From an uncultured Acidimicrobiales bacterium (GTDB lineage: Bacteria; Actinomycetota; Acidimicrobiia; Acidimicrobiales; UBA8190): 64,000 bases of DNA. Location: assembly GCA_963739765.1 (NCBI GenBank), contig CAVUBP010000001.1:59198-123197 (forward strand), given 5' to 3'. This document shows, piece after piece, positions 44,877-55,745 of the stretch. The notes below the pieces were generated by a model. It was not told the origin of the DNA. It made no database searches and worked only from the letters and a program-made list of their open reading frames with translations. A program made the position numbers and the translations under genes. Within the stretch, counting starts at the first letter, position 1. Each line of letters opens with the position of its first letter.

Positions 44877-45830
44877 AGCCGGTCGGCGTCCTGGTCATGG
44901 CGCACGGCACCCCCCGTCGCTCGACGAGCTTCCCGCCTTCTACACCGAGATCCGTCGGGGCAGCCCGCCTCCCGCCGAACTGCTCGCCGATCTCGAGCGC
45001 CGCTACCCGCCATCGGGGGGACCTCCCCGCTCAACGAGCGCACCGCGCGCGCAGGTCGACGGGATCCGGCAGCGCCCTCGAGGCAGCGGGCGCCGGGGCG
45101 CTTCGTCGTCGCCGCCGGGCGCCAAGTTCGCCGCACCCCGGATCGCCGACGCCGTCGCCGAGCTGGGGCGGGCCGGCGTGGGCCGCGCTCGATCGGCCTC
45201 GTCCTCGCCCCGCATTTCTCGGCCGCCAGCGTCGGGTGACTACGCCCGACGGGCCCGCGCCGCGGCCGACGCGCTGGGCCCCGACGAGGGTGGGCCTCTC
45301 GACGTCGAGATGGTCGACCACTGGCACCTCGCTCCCGGATTCGTCGCCGCTCATGGCCGACCGCGTGCGCGACGCCGTCGTGTCGCCTGCTGCCCGACGC
45401 GCGCGCGCCGACGCCGTCGGTCCTCTTCACGGCGCACAGCATCCCGGCCCGACTCGTCGACGACGGCGACCCCTACGCCGGCACAGGTACTCGAGTCGGC
45501 GACGGCCATCGCCGAGGCGGCCGGGCTCGACCGGTGGTCGGTGGCGTGGCAGAGCGCGGGGCGCACCGCCGACGCGTGGCTCGGTCCCCGATCTCCGCGA
45601 CGTGATCCCGACGCTGCCCGCGCAGCGGTGCCTCGGCCGTCGTGGTGTGCCCGGTGGGATTCGTATCCGACCACCTCGAGGTCCTCTACGACCTCGACAT
45701 CGAAGCGCGCGCCGTGGCCGACGATGCCGGGATCCCCTTCGCCCGCACGGCGTCGCTCAACGACGACCCCGCATTCTGCGACGTGCTCGCCGGCGTGGTG
45801 CTGGACCTGGTCGAAACCGCGCGCGCCTGA
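44873..45830 (+). pseudogene. hemH: Ferrochelatase / coproporphyrin ferrochelatase; many frameshifts
   Basis: GTG 44873 opens [14 protein letters not shown]. Further blocks are [33 protein letters not shown] and [21 protein letters not shown]. Stop is TGA 45828-45830. Confidence 0.8.
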
Positions 45831-45832
45831 CG

Positions 45833-47377
45833 ATGCCTGGCGCCGTCTCTCACGGCAACGCCGAGGGCGCGGTACCCGATGTCACCGTCGCGGTCGTGGG
45901 CGGCGGCATCGCCGGGCTGAGCGCGGCGTGGGCCCTGACCTCCACCGCACCTTGGGCCCGGGTGGTCGTCCTGGAGTCCGGTGATCGCCTCGGTGGGAAG
46001 CTGCACACGGGGACGATCGGCGGGCGCGCCGTCGACCTCGGGCCCGACGCCTTCCTGGCCCGGCGCCCCGAGGCGGTGGCGCCTGTGCCGCGAGCTCGGG
46101 CTCGACGGCGAGCTCGTGTCACCGGGCAGCCGAATCGCCTATGTGTGGGCCCGAGGCAAGCTTCGTCCTCTGCCCGGCGGGCTCGCGCTCGGGCGTGCCG
46201 ACCCGTCTGGGCCCGCTGGCCCGTTCGGGCATCCTCTCGCCCTGGGGCGTGGGGCGTGCCTCCCTCGACCTCCTGCGGTGGCCGGCGCGGTCGGGAACCG
46301 GCCCACCGCCGGGGCCGGACCGGGCCGTGGCCGACATCACCCGACGGCACTTGGGACACGAAGTCACCGCACGCCTGGTCGATCCGCTCATCGGGGGGAT
46401 CCACGCCGGGGACACGGCCAGGATGAGCTCCGCCGCGGTGTTCCCCGCCCTTCTCGACGCTGCCGCGCGTGGAGGGAGCCTCATGCGTGCCCTGCGACCC
46501 GCCCCGGGGGCGACTCCCGGGGCGACGGGCCCGACCGCGCCGCCGGGAGCCGAGCCCCCCGTCTTCCACACGGTGCGGGGCGGGTTGTCGCGCCTCGTCG
46601 ACGCGCTGGCGGTGGCACTCGGCGCTCGCGGCGTGGAGGTGCGCCTGCAATCCCCGGTGCAACGGCTCGAGCTGCGCGATCACGAGCGGCGGGATCTCGA
46701 GAGCGCCGGGGGGCCCGAGGCCCGAGGCGCGGCGAAGCGATGGGCCCTGCACGGCGCGGGCACAACGGTGGAGGCCGACGCCGTGGTCGTCGCCATCCCT
46801 GCTGCTCCGGCGGCGGCCCTGCTGGCGCCCGTCGAAGCGACGGTCGCCGCCATGTTGGGAGCGATCGACTATGCCGATGTCACGCTCGTCACGCTGCAAT
46901 TGCCCGCCGACGGCGTCGGGCGCCCGCTCGAGGGTACGGGCTTCCTCGTCCCCGCCAGTGCCGGCCGCCTGATCACGGCGTGCACGTGGCTCACGTCGAA
47001 ATGGCCCGAGCTGCAGCGCCCCGGGGACGTCTTGCTGCGCGCCTCACTGGGCCGCTCCGGTGACGACCGTCCCGGTGCCATGTCCGACGAGGAGATCGTC
47101 CGCGGCGTCCTCGAAGACCTCGAACCCATGCTGGGGTTGCGCGCCCAGCCGATCGACGTGGTGGTGACGCGTTGGTCCGGGGCCTTCCCCCAGTACGGCG
47201 TGGGCCATGCTCGAGCGCGTGTCGTCGATCGAGCATGCCGTGTCCCTGTTGCCCGCCATCGCACTGGCGGGCGCGGCCTACCACGGTGTGGGCATTCCGG
47301 CGTGCATCGCCAGCGGTCGACAGGCCGCGGCAGCTGTGCTCGGGCGCAGCGTCGCCGTCGGGCCCGCGACACGATGA
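45833..47377 (+). pseudogene. hemY: Protoporphyrinogen/coproporphyrinogen III oxidase (HemY type); at least 3 frameshifts
   Basis: ATG 45833. Blocks are the FAD fold [54 protein letters not shown] and LAGAAYHGVGIPACIASG. Stop TGA 47375-47377 overlaps the next ATG. Confidence 0.8.
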
Positions 47378-49022
47378 CCGACGCGCGCGCCGCCGCCGTG
47401 GCGCCGCGCCACGGTCGGCCCCGGCGGAGCGGACGGCGGGGCCGCGTCGTCGTCCCCGCACTCGGTGGCGGGGCTGGGCCTCGCGTTGTCGCTTCCCCCC
47501 TGGGGGTTCTGGGTTCTCGCCTTCCCCGCCGCCGGTCTGCTCTGGTGGCGCTTGGGCGGCCTGGGGATCGGGGCCCGGGTCCTCGCCGGCTGGGCCGCCG
47601 GGCTCGGACTGTTCGTCCCGGGCCTGTGGTGGGCGACGACCTTCAACACCTATGGCGGCCTCGTGCTCATGGCGGTGGAGTCCCTGGCTCCCGCACTCGC
47701 CTGCGCGCTGGTCCCCGGCGGGGCCCGGGGCCGGACCGCCGCGCTCACCGGTGCCATGGTGCTCGCCGAGGCCCTGCGATCGACATGGCCCTTCGGGGGC
47801 CTGCCCATGGGCGGCGTCGCCCTGGGCCAGGCGTCGGGTCCCCTGGGTGGCGCGGCCCGGCTCGGGGGCCCGTTGCTCCTCGTCGGCATGGTGTGGCTCG
47901 GGGGCGCGGGGTTGGCGATCCTGGCGGCGGCGGCGGGTCGCGTGGCCCCGGTCCGCAGGAGCCGGACCGAGCGCGCCGGATCCCCGGCGCGCGCGCGCCG
48001 CGCTGGGGGCAGGCGCACTGGCGCTCGTCGCCGCCCTCGCCACGTGGGGGGCGATGGCGCCCGACGGAGGATCGGCGACCGCCACCGTGCGCGTCGCATC
48101 GGTGCAGGGTGGCGGGGTGCGCGGCCTGCGCAAGTCCCAGGTCGACCCCGCCACTGTGACCGCCGCGCAGTTCGCGGCCACCGAGGAGATCGCCGCCCAC
48201 GACGGAGCCCGGGCGCCGTCGCTGGTGCTCTGGCCCGAAGACGTCGTGTCGCTCGACACGCCCATCGACGGGACCCGAGCCGAGAAGGCCCTGGCCGCGC
48301 TGGCGAGGCACCAGCACACCACGCTCGTGGCCGGCGTCACCGAGACGGTGTCGGCCCGGAGCTTCCGCAACGAGATCGTGGCGTTCTCACCCACGGGCAC
48401 CCTGGTGGCGCGCTTCGAGAAGGTCCATCGAGTGCCCTTTGGCGAGTACGTCCCCTACCGCGGCTTCTTCAAGCACCTGGCCGACCTCTCGAGCGTCCCG
48501 CTCGATGCGATCCCCGGGCACGGCAACGGCGTCCTGGACACCCCCGTCGGCCCGCTCGGGACACTCGTCTCGTACGAGGTCTTCTACGCGGAGCGGGGGT
48601 GGATCACCACCCGCGCCGGCGCGCGACTGCTCGTCGATCCCACCAACACCTCTTCGTACCGGACGAGCCAGGTACCGACCCAGGAGATCGCCGCGGCCCG
48701 ACTCCAGGCGATCTCCGAAGGGCGCGACGTGGTCCAGGCGGCACCAACGGGGTTCAGTGCAGTGATCGACCACCGGGGCCGCGTCCTGGCGCGCACCGGC
48801 CTCGGGGAGCGCGCCCTCATCGTACGGGACGTGGCACTACGGAGCGGTCGCACCGTCTATGAACGGCTCGGCGACCTTCCGGTGCTCGTGCTGTCGGGTG
48901 TGCTCGTGGTCCTCGGCTGGCTCACAGCGTTCGGAGCCGATGCCGATCCCGAGCGCACCGCCGCGGCGCGGCGCGAACGTCACGCCTTCATGCAGAGACG
49001 GATGCTGCGCACGAAGCCCTGA
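47374..49022 (+). pseudogene. lnt: Apolipoprotein N-acyltransferase-like protein (polytopic N-part plus CN-hydrolase domain); frameshifted; Ser at the expected catalytic Cys
   Basis: ATG 47374. Blocks are LSLPPWGFWVLAFPAAGLLWW and EALRSTWPFGGLPMGGVALG. The CN-hydrolase part has LVLWPEDVV (Glu), FEKVHRVPFGEYVPYRGFF (Lys) and TLVSYEVFY, where Ser codon 48570-48572 sits where CYE is expected. Shifts lie near 47462 and 47990. Confidence 0.7.
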
Positions 49023-49034
49023 GCCACCGCGGCC

Positions 49035-49963
49035 TCAGCCCGACAGCAGCTCGCCGTGACGGGCTTGCGACCATCTGCCGCATGCCGTCCTTCCAGTCGA
49101 CGAGGGTCGGCCCGGCGAGCTCGTGCATTCGTGTCAGGTCGAGCTGCACACTGTCGATGGTGTGCTCGGTCGGCTCGAAGCGCGCTTCGAGCCCCGTGAT
49201 GCGCGGCCAGATAGGTGCACCATTCTTCGATGCTCACCGCGGCATCACCACCCCAGTTCACCACGGTGGCCGGCACCGACGCCGACTCGAGGAAGGCCGG
49301 CACCATGCGGACGATGTCGCGTTCGTGCAGCGGGTGGTAGACGCTCGGGGCGTCGACGGTGGACCGGGATCGCCGATCCCTGCATCATCATGTGCAGGTG
49401 CACCGCCGGCCAACCGCCGCGCTCCCCATAGGGAACCGACAATCGCGTGATCACCGTGGGGAGATCGAAGCGTTGCGCCGCCCACCGGGCGGTCGCCTCC
49501 GCCGCGATCTTGCAGATGCTGTAGGTCCGGAGAAAGGGCCACACGCCGTGATTGTCACCGAGCGGGCCCATCCTCGGCGAACACGTGATGACCCAACGGC
49601 TTGTACACCGCCGTCGTGGAGCAGTGCAGGAAGGCACGCGCGTTGCGATGGTGCTCCATCAGCCACGCCAGGCCCCCGCAGTTCGCCTGCAGGTCGATGT
49701 CCCAGTCGTTGGTCTTGGTGACGGCGAAGATTGAGCACGTAGTCCGCATCGGCGGGAAGGGCCTCGGGCTCGCCGTCGAGCAGGTCGACCACGACACACC
49801 GGACCCCGGCCTCCTCCAACCGACGGCGCGCCTCCGCGTCGTTGAACCGTGCCGCCCCGTACACCTCGTTGTCGCGCGCCAACGCGCAGGCCAGCGGCTC
49901 GGCCACCTGGCCCGTGACGCCGGTGACGACGATCTTCGCCCCCCGCAGCGGTTCTGCGTCCAT
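49035..49963 (-). pseudogene. NAD-dependent epimerase/dehydratase family protein; at least 4 frameshifts
   Basis: ATG 49963 follows GGAGGGGGAAGG. Blocks are KIVVTGVTGQVAEPLACAL, LHCSTTAVY and YSICKIAAE (YxxxK). The 3' end near 49035 is uncertain. Confidence 0.7.
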
Positions 49964-50122
49964 CTGTGCCTTCCCCCTCCACCATCGCTCGCTGTCCGAC
50001 CGCGCCGACAATACGGCTCCGTCGTGGGCCCGGCGCAATCACGTCTCGTTCCCCACCCAACGCAGTGTTGCTAAGTTCGCAACGTCGCCGCGCAGGGGGC
50101 GCAGCGATGCGCCGGATCGGCG

Positions 50123-51805
50123 GTGGGGTCGGAGGTGGATGGCGTGGCTCGGGTACCTTGGCGCCGACGTCGGCGCTCGTTCTGTCTCCTGGGCACGATC
50201 CTCGTCGCCGGGACCCTGGCAGCGTGCAGCTCGGGAACGGGCTCGGCCAAAGGGACGGGGTCGGCCACGGCGGGCGCCACGAAGGGTCGGGTGCTGCTCG
50301 TCGGGACCTTCGAGGGACATGCGGGCAGGTACCGGACCATTCAGTCCGCCGTCAACGACGCCCGGCCCGGAGACTGGATCCTCGTGGCGCCCGGTGACTA
50401 CCACGAGAGTGACGACGAAGAGAGCCCTCCGACCGACACCCACCACGGTGACTTCGCCGGCGTCCTCATCACGAAGTCGGACATCCACCTGCGGGGGATG
50501 GACCGAGGCACCGTGATCGTGGACGGCACCAGAGCGGGCTCCTCCACCCCGTGCAGCGCCGCCCCCGCCCAACAGAGCTTCGGGGCGGTGGGGTCCGACG
50601 GGAAGGCCGCCGGCCGCAATGGCATCGTGGTGTGGAAGGCGAACGACGTGAGCGTCGAGAACCTGACGACCTGCAACTTCCTCAGCGGGTCCGGGGATAC
50701 CGGCAACGAGATCTGGTGGAACGGCGGAGACGGATCAGGCCTCATCGGCCTGCATGGCTACACCGGTCGGTACCTCACGGCCACATCGACCTACTACGGA
50801 GGTGAGGCCAGCGCCGCGCAATACGGAATCTTCTCGTCCAACGCGCAGGGCCCCGGATCGTGGGACCAGATCTACGCCAGCAACTTCAACGACTCCGGCA
50901 TGTACGTGGGGGCGTGCCACCAGGCTGTGTGCGACGACCATCGACAACGCCTGGATGGAGTTCAGCGCCCTCGGGTATTCGGGGACGAACTCGGGTGGGT
51001 CCATCGTCATCGAGAACTCGCAGTTCGACAACAACAAGGACGGGGTCGACACCAACACACAGATCGACGGCGACGCCCCCGCGCCTCAGAACGGCGCCTG
51101 CCCGGGCAACGGCACCAGCCCGATCACCCACACCCACTCGTGCTGGGTCTTCATCCACAACTCGGTCCACGACAACAACAACCCGAACGTCCCCCAGGCG
51201 GGGAGCGCCAGCGCCGGGCCCACGGGGACCGGGATGACGATCTCGGGGGGAACCAACGACACCGTCATGGACAACACCTTCTCCGACAACGGGGCGTGGG
51301 GGATCCTCTTCGTTCCCTACCCCGACAGCAATCCGCCCGTGCTCGGCCAGACCTGCACGGGTACCGGGGGAGCCGAGCTCTCGGGCTTCGGCTGTGTCTT
51401 CGACCCCAAGGGCAATGCCCTGCTCGGCAACACCTTCACGCACGACGCGTACTTCGGGAACCAGTCCAATGCGGACTTCGGTCAGATCGTGATCAACGGG
51501 AACGGGTCCCGTAACTGTTTTGCGGGCAACACCGCACCGGCGGGAAGTGCCCCGGCGGGCCTCGAACAGAGTCAGCCCACGTGTGACGGGTCCCGCGCCG
51601 TCTCCAACGCCGGTGGCGCGCTGCTGGGGCAGGTCCTCTGCGACACGGGTTTCGGAGCGTGCCCACCGGGGTCGAGCTATCCCCAGCTCACCGTGATCAC
51701 CATGCACCCGCTTCCCGCCAATCTGCCGACGATGCCCGACCCCTGCCAGCGCGGTGCCCGACAACGCGTGGTGCCGGGGAGGTCGGCCGCGTCCGAGCCG
51801 GGTGA
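50123..51805 (+). pseudogene. Secreted right-handed beta-helix (pectin-lyase-fold) lipoprotein with a Tat-like signal; 1-2 frameshifts
   Basis: GTG 50123 or GTG 50144 (GGAGG lies 8 nt upstream). The signal is WRRRRRSFCLLGTILVAGTLAAC (RR motif plus lipobox). Further blocks are RTIQSAVNDARPGDWILVAPGDY and the beta-helix turns IVIENSQFDNNKDGVDT, VFIHNSVHDNNNPNV, MTISGGTNDTVMDNTFSDNGAWGILF and GNALLGNTFTHDAYFGN. The shift is near 50935. The C-terminus is ambiguous (51805 or 51879). Confidence 0.65.
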
Positions 51806-51818
51806 GCGGTTCCCCGGT

Positions 51819-52260
51819 TCAGATCACCGCCCGATTGGCGGCCCTCATCTCGAGCGCCAACCGGTCGAGCACGTCATAGGCGGCCCGGAGATCCCGGGCC
51901 CCCGTGGCCCGGATCAGGGCGCGCGCCGCCTCGTGCACTTCGACCACCAGGTCCGCGGGCGGGAGTGCGTCGCCCTCGAATCCGACGGCCGCGGACCACG
52001 ACAACACGAAGCGGGCGGCGGCCCCGATGATGGATTCGATGTCATCCACCCGCGGCCACCCGGGCTCCCGATGGCGCGGACGCAGCTCCCGGTCGACTTT
52101 CACACTGCGGACATCCACGGAGAAAGGTCAGTCCACACGAGCGGAAGATCCGGTGGCGCTCGTAGCTGAGGTCCCCGCAGCGCCGACCCGAGAGCTCCTC
52201 GGTGCAGAACACCGGAGTCCCGTCCCGGTGCACGATGAGGCTGCCCTTGCAGACGGTCAT
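51819..52260 (-). pseudogene. Small Cys-rich hypothetical protein (about 147 aa after one frame correction)
   Basis: ATG 52260 lies 6 nt after GGGGAAAG. MTVCKGSLIVHRDGTPVFCTEELSGRRCGDLSYERHRIFRSCGLTF is followed, after a 1-nt shift near 52115, by VDVRSVKVDRELRPRHREPGWPRVDDIESIIGAAARFVL..DVLDRLALEMRAANRAVI (ORF 51819-52118). GC3 is high in both parts. Confidence 0.45.
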
Positions 52261-52687
52261 GGTTCTTTCCCCTGATCGGGTGTGCGGACTGGGTCCGGGG
52301 TCTTCGGGCGGGCGGCTCGGGCTCGACAACGGGTGGTGGGGCACGGGCCGCGCCAACACGTCGAAAACACTGCCCATGCCCCACCGCTCCCGTTGGTGCG
52401 GGGATATCGCACACGCCATGCTCCAGGGAGACGGTGAGCGCAGGGAGCTACTGCGCCGCACCGCTCTCTGTACGGCGACTCGGTCAGGAAGGGGATGCGG
52501 GGTTCCCCGGAGTCGCCGAGAACAACGCTACGCCCGTTGTGGCGGTACGCCTAGCGGGGTTCCACCTGGGTGTGGGCGCGGGAATTCACCTGGGCGCGAG
52601 GGCTCGTGTCTCGTGGCCGGCGACTCCGGGCGCTTCGACCGGGCGCCCGGCGCCCCGGCGCCGTGCCGGCGCCACCGAGGCGGCCTT

Positions 52688-53389
52688 CTACGGCTCGATG
52701 CCACTCGAAGGTGTCGAAGAGATCAGTCCTTGAGTCAGCACGAACCGGACCAATTCGGTACGCGACTCGACACCGAGCTTGGTGAAGACGTGGTTCAGGT
52801 GACCCTCGACGGTCCGGACACTGACTCCCAGTCGCGCCGCGATGGCCTTGTTGGACAGCCCCTCCGCCACCAGTTCCACGGTCTCGCGCTCGCGCCAGGT
52901 GAGGCGCGGCCCGCTGCCGGCTCCCCAGGATCTGTGGGTGCCGGCGAGACGGGGGGACAGGACCGGGTCGAGCACCGTGGTTCCCTGGGCTGCCGCTCTG
53001 ATGGCGGCGACAAGGTCATCGCGCGCCATGGTCTTCAACAAGTACCCCGTCGCCCCGACCTCGAGCGCAGCGCGCACGAATTCCTCGTCGTCATAGGCTG
53101 AGAGGATCACCACCCGAACTTCCGGATGCGTGAGGGTGAGTTGGCGGGCAACGTCGATGCCGCTGCGGTCCGGGAGCCGAATGTCGATGAGGACGACGTT
53201 GGGCTCGAGGTCGTCGATCACGGCCAAGGCGGCCTTGCCGTCATCGGCCTCGCCCACGACCACGATGTCATCGGACGCGTCGAGCACCTGTCGGGTCCCC
53301 GTTCGCAGAACCTCGTGATCATCGACGATCAGTATTCGAATGACCCCGTCGTGCAGGCCAGTCTCCGCCCCCGCGGCACCGTCACTCAC
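52688..53389 (-). CDS. NarL/LuxR-family response regulator (receiver plus HTH)
   Basis: GTG 53389. The receiver is RILIVDDHEVLR..VVLIDIRLPDRSG..VVILSAYDD. The HTH is LSNKAIAARLGVSVRTVEGHLNHVFTKLGV. The ORF is intact. Confidence 0.85.
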   Translation of the reverse strand: MSDGAAGAETGLHDGVIRILIVDDHEVLRTGTRQVLDASDDIVVVGEADDGKAALAVIDDLEPNVVLIDIRLPDRSGIDVARQLTLTHPEVRVVILSAYDDEEFVRAALEVGATGYLLKTMARDDLVAAIRAAAQGTTVLDPVLSPRLAGTHRSWGAGSGPRLTWRERETVELVAEGLSNKAIAARLGVSVRTVEGHLNHVFTKLGVESRTELVRFVLTQGLISSTPSSGIEP

Positions 53390-53558
53390 CGGATCGATGA
53401 TAGCCCTGGAGCTGAAAGCACTCCCGGCCCGGACCCCGACGCGGGCTGGCGACAACGCGCCAGGGCGAGGTGGATCAGTCGTCGTTCCGAGAGACGTTGC
53501 CGTTGGCGACGAACCTGGGATTTCGCTGAGTCCAGCGGCGAGGCCGCAGAACCCGGGG

Positions 53559-53948
53559 TCACGCTCGACGCCCGAGGACGGCCTCGACTGCCCGGAGGAG
53601 CTTTTGAGGCGATACAGGCTTGTGCAGATAGTCGACCACCCTGGAGCCGAGGCGCTCGCGGTCGGTCGCGTTGAGTGAATACGCCGAGTGGACGATGACC
53701 GGGGGGACATCGCCTGCGGCTTCGATGAGCGACACCCCGTCGCGTTTGGGCATCCTCATGTCGAGCAGAACCATCCGGTAATTCCCGGTGCTCAGCAAAT
53801 CCAGAGCGATCTCCCCGTCCTCGGCTTCGGCCACGGTGAAACCGGCCGATCGCAGGATCTCGGCCACCGTCCAGCGGACATCGCCGTCGTCATCGACCAC
53901 GAGCACGTCCGCGCTCGTCTGCTTCGTCACACTCGGCACCGTCACCAT
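53559..53948 (-). CDS. Stand-alone CheY-like receiver protein
   Basis: ATG 53948 lies 4 nt after GAGGA; the alternative ATG 54122 overlaps the kinase stop by 10 nt. The sequence reads DVLVVDDDGDVR..MVLLDMRMPKRDG..VIVHSAY..DYLHKP. There is no output domain. The ORF is intact. Confidence 0.8.
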   Translation of the reverse strand: MVTVPSVTKQTSADVLVVDDDGDVRWTVAEILRSAGFTVAEAEDGEIALDLLSTGNYRMVLLDMRMPKRDGVSLIEAAGDVPPVIVHSAYSLNATDRERLGSRVVDYLHKPVSPQKLLRAVEAVLGRRA

Positions 53949-54112
53949 GTCGTCCTCGGCACGAGGGTCACCCCGGGTACCGGACGCGCTCGGAGCCTGC
54001 GGCGAAGGCGAGGATGCGAGCTTGCTCCGACCAGCCGCGCCATCTCCCTTGCTCTCGCACTGTGGCGCCCACCACGTCGGAGCGTAGGACACCAACGCAC
54101 GCGGTTGGAGGT

Positions 54113-55671
54113 CTACCGCCATGCCAGCTCCCGAACCGGCTCGATGGGGAGACGCACGGTGACGACCGTTCCACCGGACTCCCCGTTGGCGATGGAGATC
54201 TGCCCTCCGTGCCCTTCGGTCAGGCGCCGAACGATCGCCAGGCCCAGACCCGTCCCATCGGATCTCGTCGTGAAGAAAGGCTCGAAGAACCGCTCGATGA
54301 GCTCGGGGTCGACTCCCTCCCCGCTGTCCTCGACCGTGATGACCGCCGTGGCGCCGTCGACGCGAGCAGCGATGCGAAGGGAACCGCCGTCGGGCATGGC
54401 CTGGTATGCGTTGTCGATGAGGTTGGTCAGGATCTGGGCAACTTGTTTGGCATCCGCGTTCAACTCGACCGGGCCCACGTCCTCGACCACCACGATATTG
54501 GCGGGCTTCGGCGTCGCCTCGAGAACATCGCTCAGCACGTCGCGCAGGTCCATGGGCGCGACCTCGGGCTCCCTCTCGCGCATGTACGCCGTCAGGTCCT
54601 GAGCGAGGTTGACGGCGCGAGCGGTTTGACGCTCGGCCACTGCGAGATGCGACTCGGCCACCAAAGGGTTATCGAGCGATCGGCGCAACATGTACAAGCG
54701 CGTTCATGACCGCACCGAGGGGGTTGCGCAATTCGTGGCCGACCACCGTGGTCATCTGCCCCACCGCCGACAACCGCTCGCTCAGCACGAGCGCTTCTTG
54801 GGAGGCCAGCAACTCGGCGGTCCGCTGTTCCACGAGCGAGTTGGCGTAGCGCTGACGGCGCACCACCACCTCGATGACGCTGCCGACCGCGAGCGCAAGG
54901 AGCAGGACGAAGACGAGGACGACATAGGGCGCGGCATTCGGGAAGCGGCCCGCCAAGGGGCTCTTGGCCGCCGCCACGAGCCACCACACGCCGGAGCCCA
55001 CCGGCACACGCGCCCTCGAACGTCGCACCGTGCAACGGCAGGGCACGGGTGTTGGCCAGGACCAGCTGATCCGTCGTCGGGGTGTGCGTGGCATACACCG
55101 CGGCCTGAAGCACGTGGAACGGAGCAGCCTGGGTGGCCGTCGTCGCCACGAAGGGGTCGAGCGTCACGAGCTCGTAGAGGGCGAACCCCGGAGGGACGAG
55201 CGGAGGACCAAGGGCCAACCCGAAGGTCGTCGTCTTCCCGTCGTAGTGCACGGGACCGGAGGTGACATTCGCCCCCGCCTTGTCGAGCGTCGCGGTGAGA
55301 CCGGCATCCAGAACCTCACCGGTTGTGAACCCCGTCCCGGCGACGGCGGTGGCGACGAACTGCCCACGGTCCTGGTGGGCCAGCAGCAAGGTGAGCGGCC
55401 CGCCCGCGAGCGGCTTGGCCTGGGTCTCGAACGCCAGCGGCGAACCATTGGTCGACGTGACACCGGGAGCGAGTGCGTCGAGCGTGGAGCTCAGCGTGGA
55501 CGTCAACGACGACACGTACCCGGCTGCCTGGGTGGCGTCCTCCTTCAGCAGCGCCTGGTTCTGGCTCTCGACGCTGTGTTTGGCCAGGAAGAAGCCGAGA
55601 ACCGCAGCTGCGGCGATGACCAGCGCACTGACCAGGGCGAGCGGCGACGCCCGCCAGGTGCTGTCTCTCAT
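54113..55671 (-). pseudogene. Sensor histidine kinase with an extracytoplasmic domain of about 230 aa and unknown type; two frameshifts
   Basis: ATG 55671 follows GGGGAGG. TM1 is LALVSALVIAAAAVLGFFLA and TM2 is PYVVLVFVLLLALAVGSVI. The kinase boxes are the H-box SAVGQMTTVVGHELRNPL, the N-box LTNLIDNAYQA, and the G-boxes DSGEGV and GTGLGLAIV. Shifts lie near 55010 and 54690. Confidence 0.8.
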
Positions 55672-55714
55672 CGCGCCTCCCCGCTGGATCGAGGGTGCTC
55701 CAGGCCTCCTCAGG

Positions 55715-55720
55715 ATTGTA
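55715..55720 (-). promoter_or_regulatory. Candidate -10 hexamer TACAAT upstream of the histidine kinase gene
   Basis: On the - strand the sequence reads ..GATTTGGGCAGTGAGCAGGTACAATCCTGAGG.., about 45 nt upstream of ATG 55671. No well-spaced -35 was found. Confidence 0.25.
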
Positions 55721-55745
55721 CCTGCTCACTGCCCAAATCCGCGGG

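Noticed and set aside
52434-52733. A 99-aa + strand ORF in the gap between the LuxR-type gene and the Cys-rich gene.
   Set aside because: It has no RBS, a low-complexity Ala/Gly/Arg composition, and overlaps the 3' end of the regulator gene antisense.
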